Below, in pieces: positions 44,261 through 60,711 of a stretch of DNA of 64,000 bases. How positions within the stretch are numbered: the stretch's first letter is position 1; each line of letters opens with the position of its first letter. The position numbers were made by a program, and so were the translations under genes. The stretch is from the human T2T-CHM13v2.0 reference genome, Homo sapiens, in the NCBI RefSeq assembly GCF_009914755.1, contig NC_060926.1; one strand, written 5' to 3'. The notes below the pieces were generated by a model that was not told the DNA's origin, ran no database searches, and was given only the letters and a program-made list of their open reading frames with translations.

Positions 44261-44680
44261 CCCCCAGACTCTCAGGGCCCTGTGCCTGCCCCAGCCACTT
44301 GGGCCTGAAATTAGCGAGGGGCCACACATAGGGGCCCAGACCAGACCCCAGAGAAGTCCCCTGCCCCTGACTTTCCACACATGGCAGCAGTGAGGTGTCT
44401 GCTCCCTGGCTAGGGCAGCATTGTTGAGCCCCCACTGGAGCTGGGCGTCTCCCTGCTCTCAAACAAACCAACTGTGCACAGTGGGGCAGGGACGGTTTCC
44501 TAGAGGAAGTGGGGCTTAGGCCGACTCAGGGAAGGGCAGTTTCACTGATAGGATCTGTTTACCCGCCTGACTTCTCCAGCATCACCATAAGCTCACAGGG
44601 CTGGAACGGATTCAGGTCGCCCAGGCCCAGGGCATGGGAATTGGAAAACGTTTGTTGAGGTGAATCAAAGCTAGATGGAA

Positions 44681-45040
<360 letters not shown>

Positions 45041-45160
45041 TGAAGAAGCTGGTTGGGAAGAAAGGGAATGCGATTCTATGAGGCTGGAGCCAAGACGAGC
45101 TGAAGAAGCTGGTTGGGAAGAAAGGGAAGGCGATTCTATGAGGCTGGAGCCAAGACGAGC
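45041..45160 (+). repeat. 60-bp tandem duplication (2 copies, 1 mismatch)
   Basis: 45041-45100 equals 45101-45160 except T45069/G45129. Confidence 0.95.
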
Positions 45161-45913
45161 ACTGGAGCAGAGGTTCAGCACAGCGTCCAGGGAACAGACA
45201 GTGCTGTGGGGGGAGCGTGGGGGAGGAGGGGGTGGCAAGGACCCCTGTCCGCCATCCTGGTGGGGGCCCAAAGGTGCTTTCAGTGTCCTATCACTGCCAT
45301 GGCTGCTGGCAGAAAGTCCTGGCAATGATCTCGCACGTCTGGGGCTCAGGAAGGGAAGCCCACCCGCCCACAGGAAAGGGATGCCTGAGTGGCCTGGCCA
45401 AACTCTGCCCACATCTCCTCTCTGGCAGGACGCATGCTACCCAGGCCCAGTCCCGATCCCAGGACAGCACCCACAGGAAGGCTGCCAGTGGTTCTCCTGG
45501 AAGCAAAGACTCCAGCTGCCTGGCTTCTCCCTTCCCCAGGGACGCCTCCATCCCAAGCTCTGGCCAACAGGCTGCCCAGGCTCCCTGGGAACCCCTGGGT
45601 GCCGTGGCGAGTGGGGGCTGTGGTCTCACCCCCGGGCACGCCCTTCCTCCAAAGGCCTGGCCAGTCCCAGTGCATCCTGTGCTGAAACTCCCAGGGGATG
45701 GGGTTGGGACAGCCCAGCAGGTTCCAGAATGCTCTCTCCTCTGTCCACCCTGAGTTAGAAGTCTGTGTGGAGGCCCAAAGGTACTTTAAGTGCCCCAGCA
45801 CTGCCATGGCCTGGGAAGCCAGGACACACAGGCTGAAAGAGTGAGGTCTTCCCATCAGAGACCCTGAGCCCCGAAGCTTTGGAATCAGCAGCGTTCAGCG
45901 CGATGGAGGCGCG

Positions 45914-45932
45914 GTGCCACCAGGTGGCGCCG
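45914..45932 (+). promoter_or_regulatory. CTCF motif GTGCCACCAGGTGGCGCCG
   Basis: Near-consensus core CCACCAGGTGGCGC in a CpG-rich patch (45890-46030). Confidence 0.7.
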
Positions 45933-48403
45933 TCAACCCCTCACTTAGGGCTAAGCGCCCTGGCCCCTCTGGATGAACCAGCAAGGGCGGAGGGGGACAC
46001 CGGAGAGCGAGACGGCCTCGCTAAAGAAGGCCCCCTGGCCTTTCAGGATGAGGGGCTCAGTCAGCCCAGTGATGGGGACTCCGTGAGAACTGAGCTGTGA
46101 AAACGTGTTGGAGGCACAGTACCCACCTCTGCCGCGTCTGAACCCAGATTTGCCAGGAAGGCTCTTGCTTTCTCAATCTCTGTTCCCCGGTCATCACGAA
46201 TACCCTGTGCTGGTCACTTTGTGCATCCCCATTTTTTTTTTCTTCCAAGGATACGGTCACGTGGGCAGAGCTGCAGAGACAGGATCCTAGACAGGCAGGC
46301 CTTGAATGCCAGGGCAGGAGATTGCTGAGGATTCAGAAGATCTCGGGAAGCTTCTTAAAGGCCCTCGACCCCTCTTGCTACCTATGAGGGCAGGACTGGA
46401 GAGGAGAAGGGAGAAGGCCGGAGACCAGGGGCAGCCCCCATAGGAAGCAGACTCCAGCCGCCTGGCCTCTCCCTTCCCCAGGGACGCCTCAGTGCGGGGT
46501 AGGCGCTACGGGAGACCAGGGAAGGGGCTGCTGCAATATTCGAGGTGAGAGTGTCCTGCACTGAAGCATGGTACAAAGAGGTGGGCTGGAGAGGGACGGT
46601 TCCAAGAGCAGCTGGCCACCGTCTGCTGCCCTGGCGTGCCCGCCCATTGTCCTCACTGTCTGCCACACCCTCCCTAGCAGGCCATACAAGGACATGTCCT
46701 CCCAATGTCCTGTCCCCCGGCCTCAGGCTCAGTCTTTCAGAATTGGCCTCCCTAATCCCATTCCGTCCAGGCTCTGCTAAGAGACAGCCAGGGAAGCTTG
46801 CAGGTGAATGTGCGTCTATGAGCAGGCGTTGTGCATGCAAACAGCCCTGCTTGGTGACGCTGAGCATTTTAACAGGAGCCCTCAGCAAGCAAACTCTTAG
46901 TCAAGGGGGTGACCCCTAGTGACATTTCAGGCTTTGGGGAGACCAAATCTAGAAGTCTTCTGAAGTCCCTGAAATCAGAGAAATGGGACCATTCTAATAA
47001 CCAGAAAAATCAGCTTCCTTTGACCCTAGGCGTCTTCTCAGGTCCCCAAGGACAATCTCCTGCTTAATGCACATGACATCATGTTGACCCATTGGCCCAG
47101 GGTTAGCCTTCAGCTCTGCCCCCACCCTAGATCCTACTATAGCTGGAAGGTGGCGACCATTTGAACGTGGGACAAGGGACCATTTCTCCCTAGCAAGATG
47201 AAGTCACTTACCCAAGCCTTTGTGACAAGTCCGCATCAGAGCCAGCCCAGAGCTGCATCTCTTCCAGCCCTAAGACTGATGAGATAGATAGATAGATATT
47301 TGCCTTCAGAACAGGAAGGCTTTTTGTTAATGACTTTTTGTTAATGTTTCAGGGAGAGGAGCAGAGGAGCTCAGTCCAGTATGATTGGCATTTGGTGAAA
47401 CCTAGTGGTGCAAATGTTCTGATTGGGATGTAACTAACACTCATCCATCTAACCCCTCTAATGTAATCCAGAGTCAATGCACCGTCTCGAGTCTCCCTCT
47501 CTCTTCAACACCCCACCCACCTCGCGTCAATATGGAAATACCGTCATTAAAGATAATTACCGAAGGAACAAGCCCCCTGGAGAGTACAACCATGAGGATA
47601 ACATGCAAAAAGAAAAACTTAAAGCTCTCCATGAAAATTTACTAAGCTAAGGCAACAGAACCTTCTAATGAGTCCAGGTGCGGGCACCATGAGGTCTGTG
47701 TGAGGAAGGTCTGGTGACCTCTAAAAAGGACAGCTGTGGAAGAGGCTCAGGCAGGAATGGCGGATCCACTGTCGGCCTCACTGTCGGCCTCGCCCGGGAA
47801 TCCGTCTTCATCTTTTCCCTTCTCATGAAGCTGTCTGTTGCCAGGCTGGCTATGGGGCTGCCTTATCCACACAGGAAGCTCACTTTTTGAGAAGGCAGCT
47901 GAGCCACGTGATGTCAGACGGAGCAGGGACTTCTGTTTGTCAGTGTCAACCATCTGGGAGCCAAAGGTGTTTCCACAACCACAAGAACCGGTTGAGATAT
48001 TTTACTTGGATCTCTGGGCATTGCACACATCTGCGTTCCAGCAAGTGACCTCCACGCATGGAGGCAGCGGAGAGGAAGGGAGCTAGCTCCAGGAGCCGCA
48101 AAGCTCAGCACATTGGCTACAACACAGCCGGCCGATGACTCTAACGCCAAGAAGGAACTCTGGAAGAGAGGAGATCGTGGTTTATGACTCTCTGTGTCCT
48201 CCACACAGACAGCAAAGCACCAACAAAGGATAAAAAAAAAAAGAAAGAAAGAAAGAAAGAGAAAAACCAATACAACATTGATGAATTACGACTCCTTAAC
48301 ATACTCTGTATCCGGTGAGAGAAGTTAATATTCTCCCATTCTCATTGATGAAAATCAGAGGCAGGAAGAGGCCCAGAGGTTTAACCACACTGGGATGTTT
48401 CTC

Positions 48404-48757
<354 letters not shown>

Positions 48758-48940
48758 TAAGGACAGCTTGCCCATGTCCAATCCACAGGGGCCTATAGTC
48801 CTACACACTAGTCTGGACTATTCCTAAAATCCACCAGTCACTTTGCGGCCTGCAGATCTTGCCCGTGGACTCCCTCTCCCCGGCATTTCTTTTCCTTTTC
48901 TCCCCCAGTACAGTCCTGGTCCTGATCATTGTTTATAGGC

Positions 48941-49232
48941 TTTTATTTTTATTTTTGAGACGGGGTCTTACTCTGTTGCCCAGGCTGTAGTGCAGTGGCG
49001 CGATCACAACTCACTGTACCTCCTGGGCTCAAGCAATCCTCCCACCTCAGCCTCCCAAGTAGTTAGGACTACAGGCAAACATCGTCGTGCCTGGCTAATT
49101 TTTAAATTTTTTGTGTAGCTGGTGATCTTACTAGGTTGCTCAGGCTGATCTTGAACTCCTGATCTGAAGTCATTCTCTTGCCTCGGCCTCCCGAAGTGCT
49201 GGGATTATAAGCATGAGCCACTGTGCCTGGCC
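48941..49232 (-). mobile_element. AluJ
   Basis: J-type 'cctgggctcaagcaatcctcccacc'. Confidence 0.88.
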
Positions 49233-49296
49233 TATGTATGGTCTTTTTAAAGCCAGCTTCTCAAGAACCTTCTATAATTCCTCTGGCCAGAGTTTA

Positions 49297-50103
<807 letters not shown>

Positions 50104-50149
50104 GTAAGGTGTGAGTGTGCTTCCTTCACAAACCCTTTTCTCCCAGCTG

Positions 50150-50312
50150 CTTGCAGATGATGATGAGACCATAGGGGATGGTGGAGCAAGAGGCTGGGAG
50201 GAACCTCAATCCTTGAGTCACTCAGTGGAGGAAAGCTACCCACGCCCAGGAACAGCCACCTTGACCAAGACCTGGCAAGCAGTAGACTTCTATCTACTAT
50301 GTGTGTTTAAGC
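50150..50312 (+). mobile_element. Old MLT1 (I/J-like) LTR fragment
   Basis: 'aggggatggtggagcaagaggctgggaggaacctcaatccttgagtcac...'. Confidence 0.5.
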
Positions 50313-51011
50313 TAGAAAAAAAAAGAGAAGGAAGGAAGGGAAGGAGGGAGGGAGGGAAATAAATGGTGCTTAATATTTCAATAGCAATGATTAGGAAAAG
50401 AAGAACATTAGGGTTTTGTTGTTACAAAGGTGGCAAACTCGCCTGGATTTCTGCCTCCATTCCCCTAAAGCAACCTAGTGAATTAAGAAGGCGGCTGAAA
50501 AAGGAATGAGGAAGGGCTCTATAAATTGTTATGGAATTATTTTCAGAATATGTTAGCAGGTAGAAAAAATAAAATCCACATGTGGTATGTTACTTTTTGT
50601 GTAAGAAAGAGAAATTTTTAAAAATATACAAATCTGTTTATTTTTGCAAAAAGAAACACAAGAAAGATAAACTAGAAACTAATGAAATTAATTACCTACA
50701 GAGGTGGGAGGGAATGGAATAGAAGGGAAAGGGGACAGAAGGATATTTCCCTGAGTATACCTTTTTTGCATCGTTTCAACAAACTTTTGTAACATTGTTA
50801 ATGTGTTACTTATTCAGTAAGTAAAATTCAGTCAGATTGTATGGGGAGGGGTGATCCCTAAAACAGAGAAAAACCAAAACAAATAAATTGAATAAACATC
50901 AACCATAGGGGAAAACAGAAAGCATCCCCCACATCTGTGTTTATCTTCACATGGCATTTTCCTGTGTGTTTCTATGTCCAAATTACATGTCCCGCCCGCC
51001 TCCCCTCCCCA

Positions 51012-51359
<348 letters not shown>

Positions 51360-51361
51360 CA

Positions 51362-51488
51362 GTTTTTTTTTTTAAAGAGACAAGGTCTCGCTCTGGCACC
51401 CAGGCTGGAGTGCAGTGGCGTCATTATAGCTCACTGTAGCCTCAGTCCTCCTGGGCTCAAGCTATCCTCCTGCCTTAGCCTCCCAAGT
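51362..51488 (-). mobile_element. AluJ 3' fragment (host of the AluYb8 insertion)
   Basis: T-tail followed by 'gagacaaggtctcgctct...tagctcactgtagcctc...cctcccaagt'. Confidence 0.8.
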
Positions 51489-52299
51489 GTGAGAAATATT
51501 GAAAAGGGCTTCCTGGAGGTGGCGAAAGAGGATGTTCGCCTTTCAGGACCCAAGACCCCTAGGTGGTTCCTGCCTTCAGAGAATTTTCTGCTCGGAGTCC
51601 CTGTTCCACAGGAGCAACCCCGGGAGCCGCCACACTCGGCAAGGTGTCATCCGTTGGGTGGCTGGGGCACAGAGCTGGGGAACTGAGTGATGTCAGAACC
51701 AGGCCTGACCATACCTCGGTGCGGCCATGGGTCCCCAGGCCTCCTCAGCAGCAACGCTGGGCCCACTAAAGATCCCAGGGTCCCTCCAGCGTTCTCAGCT
51801 CTAGCGTTTGGCATTTGTGGTGGGGAGACATTAATGCTCTGCTGGTATGTGCGGATCTGGGGTTGTATATGCTTCTAGAACACGGGCCTGTGGGTTCTCA
51901 AGCTCCTGCTTGACACGGAGCCAACCTGGAGCCTGCTCTTCACACAGGGTTTGGTCCCAGGGAGACCCACAAGCCCACACAGGAGCCCTGGATATCAGCC
52001 TGCCAGGTGTCGGCAGTCACCGTGGGCCTCTCTTCTCTCTTCATACACCAGGAACCAACCCAGCCAGGTTAAAGGACTTGCCCAAGGTCACGCGGAGGAA
52101 AGCTGGTTGGTGCCAAGTGGTTAGGAGAGAAAGGGTGAGGTCATGAGAGCAAACCTAAGAGGGCTGCTACCGACTCCCAGGATGAAATCACAGATGAAGT
52201 CACAGAATCGGAATGCTGGCTTTGGGAGAGACCGCCCTGCTCCTTCAGGAAGCTGGGGGTGGGGGCGGGAGTGGGGGCGGGGAGCAGGTGCAGGGGAAG

Positions 52300-52520
52300 G
52301 GGTAAGAGCTCAGACTCTGGACTTAGAAGGATCCGATTGATGATTCCAGATCCCAGTGGCTTCATGAACGTGGGCGAGTTACACAACTTCTCGGTCTCCT
52401 GCTTTTCTCCTTAGTAAAACAACCCATGCCCCACGGAGGTGCCGTAAAGACAGAACGACTCTGCAGATAGCGTTAAGCACGATGCCAGCCACCTTGGAGG
52501 CGCACAGTACATACGGCTCA
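52300..52520 (+). mobile_element. MIR
   Basis: 'gggtaagagctcagactctgga...gtgggcgagttacacaacttctc...agcgttaagcacgatgcc'. Confidence 0.6.
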
Positions 52521-52802
52521 TGGCATTTCAGGGAGCGGCAAGCCAGTTGCTGCCAACCCGCCCGATGACTGTGTCTAAGGCGGAATCTGGAAGCCTCTCT
52601 GAGCCTCCGTCTCCCTCACTGTCCCCTCGGGGTGAGGGAGGCCACTCTATAAGGAGACCATGTGTGTGGAAGCACCTTGGGAAACGCTGCGCGCAGGCCG
52701 GGACCCAGGGCAGTCGGCCTTCCTTATCCATGGATTCAATGAACTGCAGATGGAAAACATTTGAAAAAGATGTTTAAAAATAAAAAAATAACAATTTATT
52801 AA

Positions 52803-53109
<307 letters not shown>

Positions 53110-53133
53110 TAACAATTAAAAATATATATAAAT

Positions 53134-53484
<351 letters not shown>

Positions 53485-53710
53485 TTACATTGTACTAGGT
53501 ATTATAAGTCATCTTGAGATAATTTAAAGTATACAGAAGACATGAGTAGGTTATATGCAAATACTACACCATTTCCTATTGGTGACTTGAGCATCCATGG
53601 ATTTTGGTATCCACAGAAGGTCCTGGGACCAATCCCCCATGGACAGTGAGGGATGACTTTGCTGTGATTACTATTACCGGTGATCTGGTCCTAAGTACAG
53701 ACCCAGGTGG

Positions 53711-53960
53711 CTGTGATTTGTATGTTTGTCCCTTCCGAAACTCATGTTGAAACTTAATCCCCAATGTTTCCATATTAAGAGGTGGGGCCTTTAAGAGGTG
53801 ATTGGGTGAGGGATCCACCCTGCTGAGTGGGTGAATGGATTAATGGATTATCCCAGGAGTGGGTTGTTTACCTGGAGAGCACCCTTGCCCTGCGATGCCC
53901 CCTGCTGTGTTAGGAGGCCGCACAAGGCCCTCACCAGCAGCCCATCTGTCTGACTTTAAT
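53711..53960 (+). mobile_element. MST (C/D-like) LTR, 5' part
   Basis: 'atgtttgtcccttccgaaactcatgttgaaacttaatccccaatg...gaggtggggcctttaagaggtgatt'. Confidence 0.75.
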
Positions 53961-54533
53961 TTGAGAAGTCAATCCTAGGCCAAGGCAGCCCATGTCTGTA
54001 CTGAGCCCCCACCTCAACTCCTTCAAAGAGTCCTGTTCCTGGGTCACCTGTGCTTGGGGACAAGGCAGAGGCCTTGGGGCTGTGACGTGACAGCACCAGC
54101 TCATGAGGGCCTGGCTGCTGTGCCAGCCGTCCGTGTAGAAAGGGCCCAGGGCAGGGCACAGGCCGGGCACTGTGAAGCTGAGCTGGCGTGAGTCAGGGCA
54201 TGGAAGATTCCAGGCTGTCAGGTTCCTTTCTCTCCTGCCTGCCAGAAATGCCAGAATGGGACCCCAGAGGAGCCCGTCTGCATCTGTTGCCTTCGCCCTT
54301 GTTAAACAGGACTGATGTGGAGGCTAACATCTAAGAACTTCGGAGCTGGAAGGCGGCTGGTTCAATCACTCATATTCTTGAGGAAAAACTGAGACCCAGA
54401 GAGAGAAGAAAGAACTTACCCCGAGACACATGGCCCTGTGGTGGCAACACTCCATTCTCTCTCTTCCACATGGTGCCCTTTGTATGAAAATTCTGATATG
54501 TGGAGACTGCAATGTGGACGTGGTTCATTCTGA

Positions 54534-55161
<628 letters not shown>

Positions 55162-55283
55162 TAGACTCGGTTGCCATCAGTCAGAGAGATGTCCATCCTG
55201 GAGGTGGCAGACTACTGGACACCAGGGTTAGACTTATTTTGTTTGGCCTTACGCTGTTCTAAAGCATCCTGAGTCAGCATTTA

Positions 55284-55643
<360 letters not shown>

Positions 55644-55659
55644 TTAAAAGCCAACCCTG

Positions 55660-56369
<710 letters not shown>

Positions 56370-57687
56370 TCAGCTGAAATGAACAACACTTGGGTAGGCT
56401 CTGGTTCCAGTGCCAGCTAGCTGCACTAACTAGCATATGCTTTTGGTAAGTTGCTTCCCCACTTGTGACTTCAGTGTCCCCTCTGAGGAATGGGAGGTGG
56501 TGGCCGGCCATCCTCTCGGTGCTCCTGGAGTCTGTTCGGTTAATAAGGGCCATGGGCAGGTGGACTTGCACACAGGTTGTTCTAGGCATCACCTTGCTTA
56601 GAGAGGTGGGGAGTGAGTGACTCTGCCCAGGGCTCCAGAGCCATCTTCAGTGTAAGTGTTTCTCTGGCCTAGAGTTTTCTATTTTTAATAAGACTGAAGG
56701 GCACCCCTGGGCTGTACCAGAGTCCATGGATTACTGGCCTGGGGACTGGATGGCTTATGAAGGCCACAAGTCCTGGGAACAGCAGAGGAAAATCCAATCT
56801 TGATGAAAATCCTAGGCCCTCTGGAGCACAGACCTTTGTGAAATCTCAGGTCTATTGTTAACATTTCAGGATGCAAAGGGATTTTTGCTCTATTTTCAGA
56901 ATTAGTGTAAGATTTAAATCAGCAGCCATTTGTTGAATGGGGCATGGTAGACAATGTGGGGTGATGGAGCCTCAGCCTCAAAGGGGACAGCTTCACACAG
57001 TTCACATTTCAAATGTGTCGCTCACATTCCAACATCCCTTTACAGTTTACAGAGCACATTCACGTTCTCTCATTTAATCCTTACCACAGGCTGCAAGGAA
57101 TCAAAAACTCAGAGGGTAAAGTGATTTGCCAAGCCAAACAAACACATAACCAGAAAGCTTATAATCCCAGTATGCAGGGGCCATCACTATGCATTATTTA
57201 CAGCGTTCCTTCCAGTTTTCTCTTTGCATTTTTTTCTTTAACTGGTTATACTCTCTGTGTAGTATACTTGAATATTGTTTACTGCTTTAACTTATTTTAT
57301 TATATATATTTTGAGTGGTTGAATTCCTATAGGAAGTGGTAGTGCGTGATTAGGGAATTCTTGACTAAGAACATAGCCCTTGAAATGGTGTGGACCAGGG
57401 AACATATGGTGTATTCAGGAAACAGTGAATAATTCTTTGAGGCTAGAACCCGTGACCCTGATGAATTGAGGCTTAGCAAAGAGTCTAGAAAAACATTTTA
57501 TGTCAGATGATGGAGAGTTTGAGTAACATACTAAGGAATTTTAGTTTATTCTGTTTTCATGAGAGAATAATAATACATGCTACACTATATATATTTAGAA
57601 AAATACAAGTGAGGACAAACATCTAGAAATAATTCATAAGCCAGTTGCACAGAAATAATTGTTATAAATATTTTTATATATGTGTAG

Positions 57688-58014
<327 letters not shown>

Positions 58015-58566
58015 CTGATTGTTTCCTATACATGTATTTCTTCTTTTTTCCCCCAAAAGGGACATAAGAGACATTCTTTTGTAATCTGCTTATAATTCTA
58101 TTATCATCTTTCTCAGTCATTAAAAATTCTTTTTCAATAATGATCTTTAAAAATTTTTTTCATTGGAGCTCTGTTTGAAATAAAATTTTACTAGGGACCT
58201 CAAGAGCCAAAATGGGTAAAAATAGAGCTCCCGGGATCAGAGCAGAAGCAGGAGACGTGACGCCTGCCTGACCTGGTAAGACACCCTGACTCCATCTGAA
58301 AATCATTGTTGCATAATGTGATTTGTATGACTGCACTGCAAGAAGAGAACATCACTTATCTAATCAGCCCATCCAGTTGCTTCCAATTATTCCCTTTGTA
58401 AATTGATTATTTCCCAATAAAGGTTTTTGAACATGGGGTGTGATATAATTTGAAGGCATTATTGTGAGTACCAAATATGGTAAAATCTTACCTAACTGGA
58501 ATTCAGCTAACCGCAATCCTTAATTAACAAATTTTCTTTTGCTAAACTTTCAGAACATAAAGGAAC

Positions 58567-58591
58567 CTCTCTCTCTCTCTTTGTCTCTCTT

Positions 58592-58628
<37 letters not shown>
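58567..58628 (+). repeat. (TC)n(CA)n microsatellite
   Basis: Directly visible. Confidence 0.9.
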
Positions 58629-58870
58629 TACGGAGTTATGAAATAGGAATAAATTTAATAAATATGTGCAATAGGTATACTCTGAAAACTATAAAACATT
58701 ACTGAGAGAAATGAAGGAAGGTGAGTGTAAATGGTAAGATATACCACACTCATGGATTGAAAGACTCAATATTCTTTAAACGCTAGTTCTCCCTCAAATT
58801 GATTCTCTAGATGCAATACAATAATATTCAACATCTTAGCAGGTCTTTTAAAAAAAAAATTTAATAAGCA

Positions 58871-59010
58871 GACCAGGTGTGGTGGCTCACACTTGTAATC
58901 CCAGCACTTTAAGAGGCCAAGATGGAAGGTTGTTTGGGCCCAGAGGTTTGGGACCAGCCTGGCCAACATAGCAAGACCCCATCTCAATTTTAATAAAATA
59001 AAGAAAGAAA
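58871..59010 (+). mobile_element. FLAM/AluJ left monomer
   Basis: Single arm with tail; TSD-like aaatttaataag. Confidence 0.8.
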
Positions 59011-59640
59011 TTTAATAAGAAATTTAAAAAATTTTATACATAGAATAGCCAAAACAATTGTGAAGAGGAACAAAATTGGAAGAGTTATGCTCTCTGGTTT
59101 CAAAACTTACTATGAAGCTAATAGTAATCAAGATAGTTTGGTATTCAAGTAAATTTTGACATACAGATCAATAAAACAGAATATAAAATTCAGAAATAGA
59201 CCCACCCACACATATGGTCAACTGATTTTCAGCAAACGTGTCAAGACAATTAAATGGGGGGAAAGACAATCTTTTCAATAAAAGGTAGTGAAATCATTGG
59301 TTGACTCAATGTACAAAGATGAATCTTAACCTTACCTCACACCAATTCAAAAATTAACTTGAAGCAGATCATAAACTATATGTAAGAGCTAAAATTATAA
59401 ACCTTTAAAAAAAAACAGAAGAAAATGTTAGTGATCCTGGGCAAGGCAACTATTTTAAAAATAGGGCACAAAAAGCAAAAACTACAAAAGAAAATACAAA
59501 ACTACATCAAATTTGGACTTCATCAAAAATTAAAATGTCTGCTCTTTGAAAACACCATTAGGAAAATGAAAAGGCAAGTCTCATTGGCTTGTACCAGACT
59601 ATATAAATGACTTGTACCAGAATATATAAAGAATTCTCAT

Positions 59641-59936
<296 letters not shown>

Positions 59937-60228
59937 GAATTCTCACAACACAGTAATGATAAAAGACAATTAAAATTGTGTATAAGATTTGAGCAGATAT
60001 TTTATCAAAAAAAATCACAGATGTCGAATAAGCACATGAAAAAAATGCTGAACATCATTAGTCATTAGGGAAATGTAAATTTAAACCAAAAGGAGATACC
60101 ACTACATACACACTGAAATGGATGACATTCAAAAGATTGATAATGCCAAGCATTAGAATGGAACAACTTGAACTCTCATACACTGCTGAATACAAAACTG
60201 TACAATCATTTTAGAAAACAGCTTAGCC

Positions 60229-60711
60229 TAGGCTGGCACAAGGGCTCATGCCTGTAATCTCAGCATTTGGGAGGCTGAGGCAGGAGGATCGCTTGAGCCC
60301 AGGAGTTCAAGACCAGCATAGGCAACATAGACAGACCCTGTCTCTACAAAAAAAAAAAAAAAAAAAAAAATTAAAATAAAAAATTAGCTGGGCATGGTGG
60401 CACATGCCTGTAGTCTTAGCTACTCAGGAGGCTGAGGTAGAGGCATTGCTTGAGGCCAGGAGGGCTAGGCTGCAATGAGCCGTGATTGCACCACTGCACT
60501 CCAGCCTGGGTGGACAGAGTGAGATGCTGTCCCAAAAAAAAAAAAAAAAAAAAAAAAGTAAGAAAAAAAAAGAAGAAAAAGAAAAGAAGGGAAAGGAGAG
60601 GAGGGGAGGGGAGGGGATGGAAGAGGAGGAGAGGAGAGGAGAGGACAGGACAGGACAGGACAGGAAAGGAAAGGAAAGCAAAGCAAAGGAAAGGAAAGGA
60701 AAGGAGAGAAG
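60229..60711 (+). mobile_element. AluJ with expanded middle poly-A and a purine-rich pentanucleotide tail
   Basis: Alu at 60229-60557, then an AAAAG/AGGGG/AGAGG/ACAGG/AAAGG mosaic. Confidence 0.88.

Noticed and set aside
45174-45205. REST/RE1-like half sites (ttcagcac...gacagtgc)
   Set aside because: Both halves are imperfect and the spacing is non-canonical.
47747-47953. 68-aa minus-strand ORF MVDTDKQK...
   Set aside because: No known family recognised; the EADS repeat comes from a 12-bp duplication.
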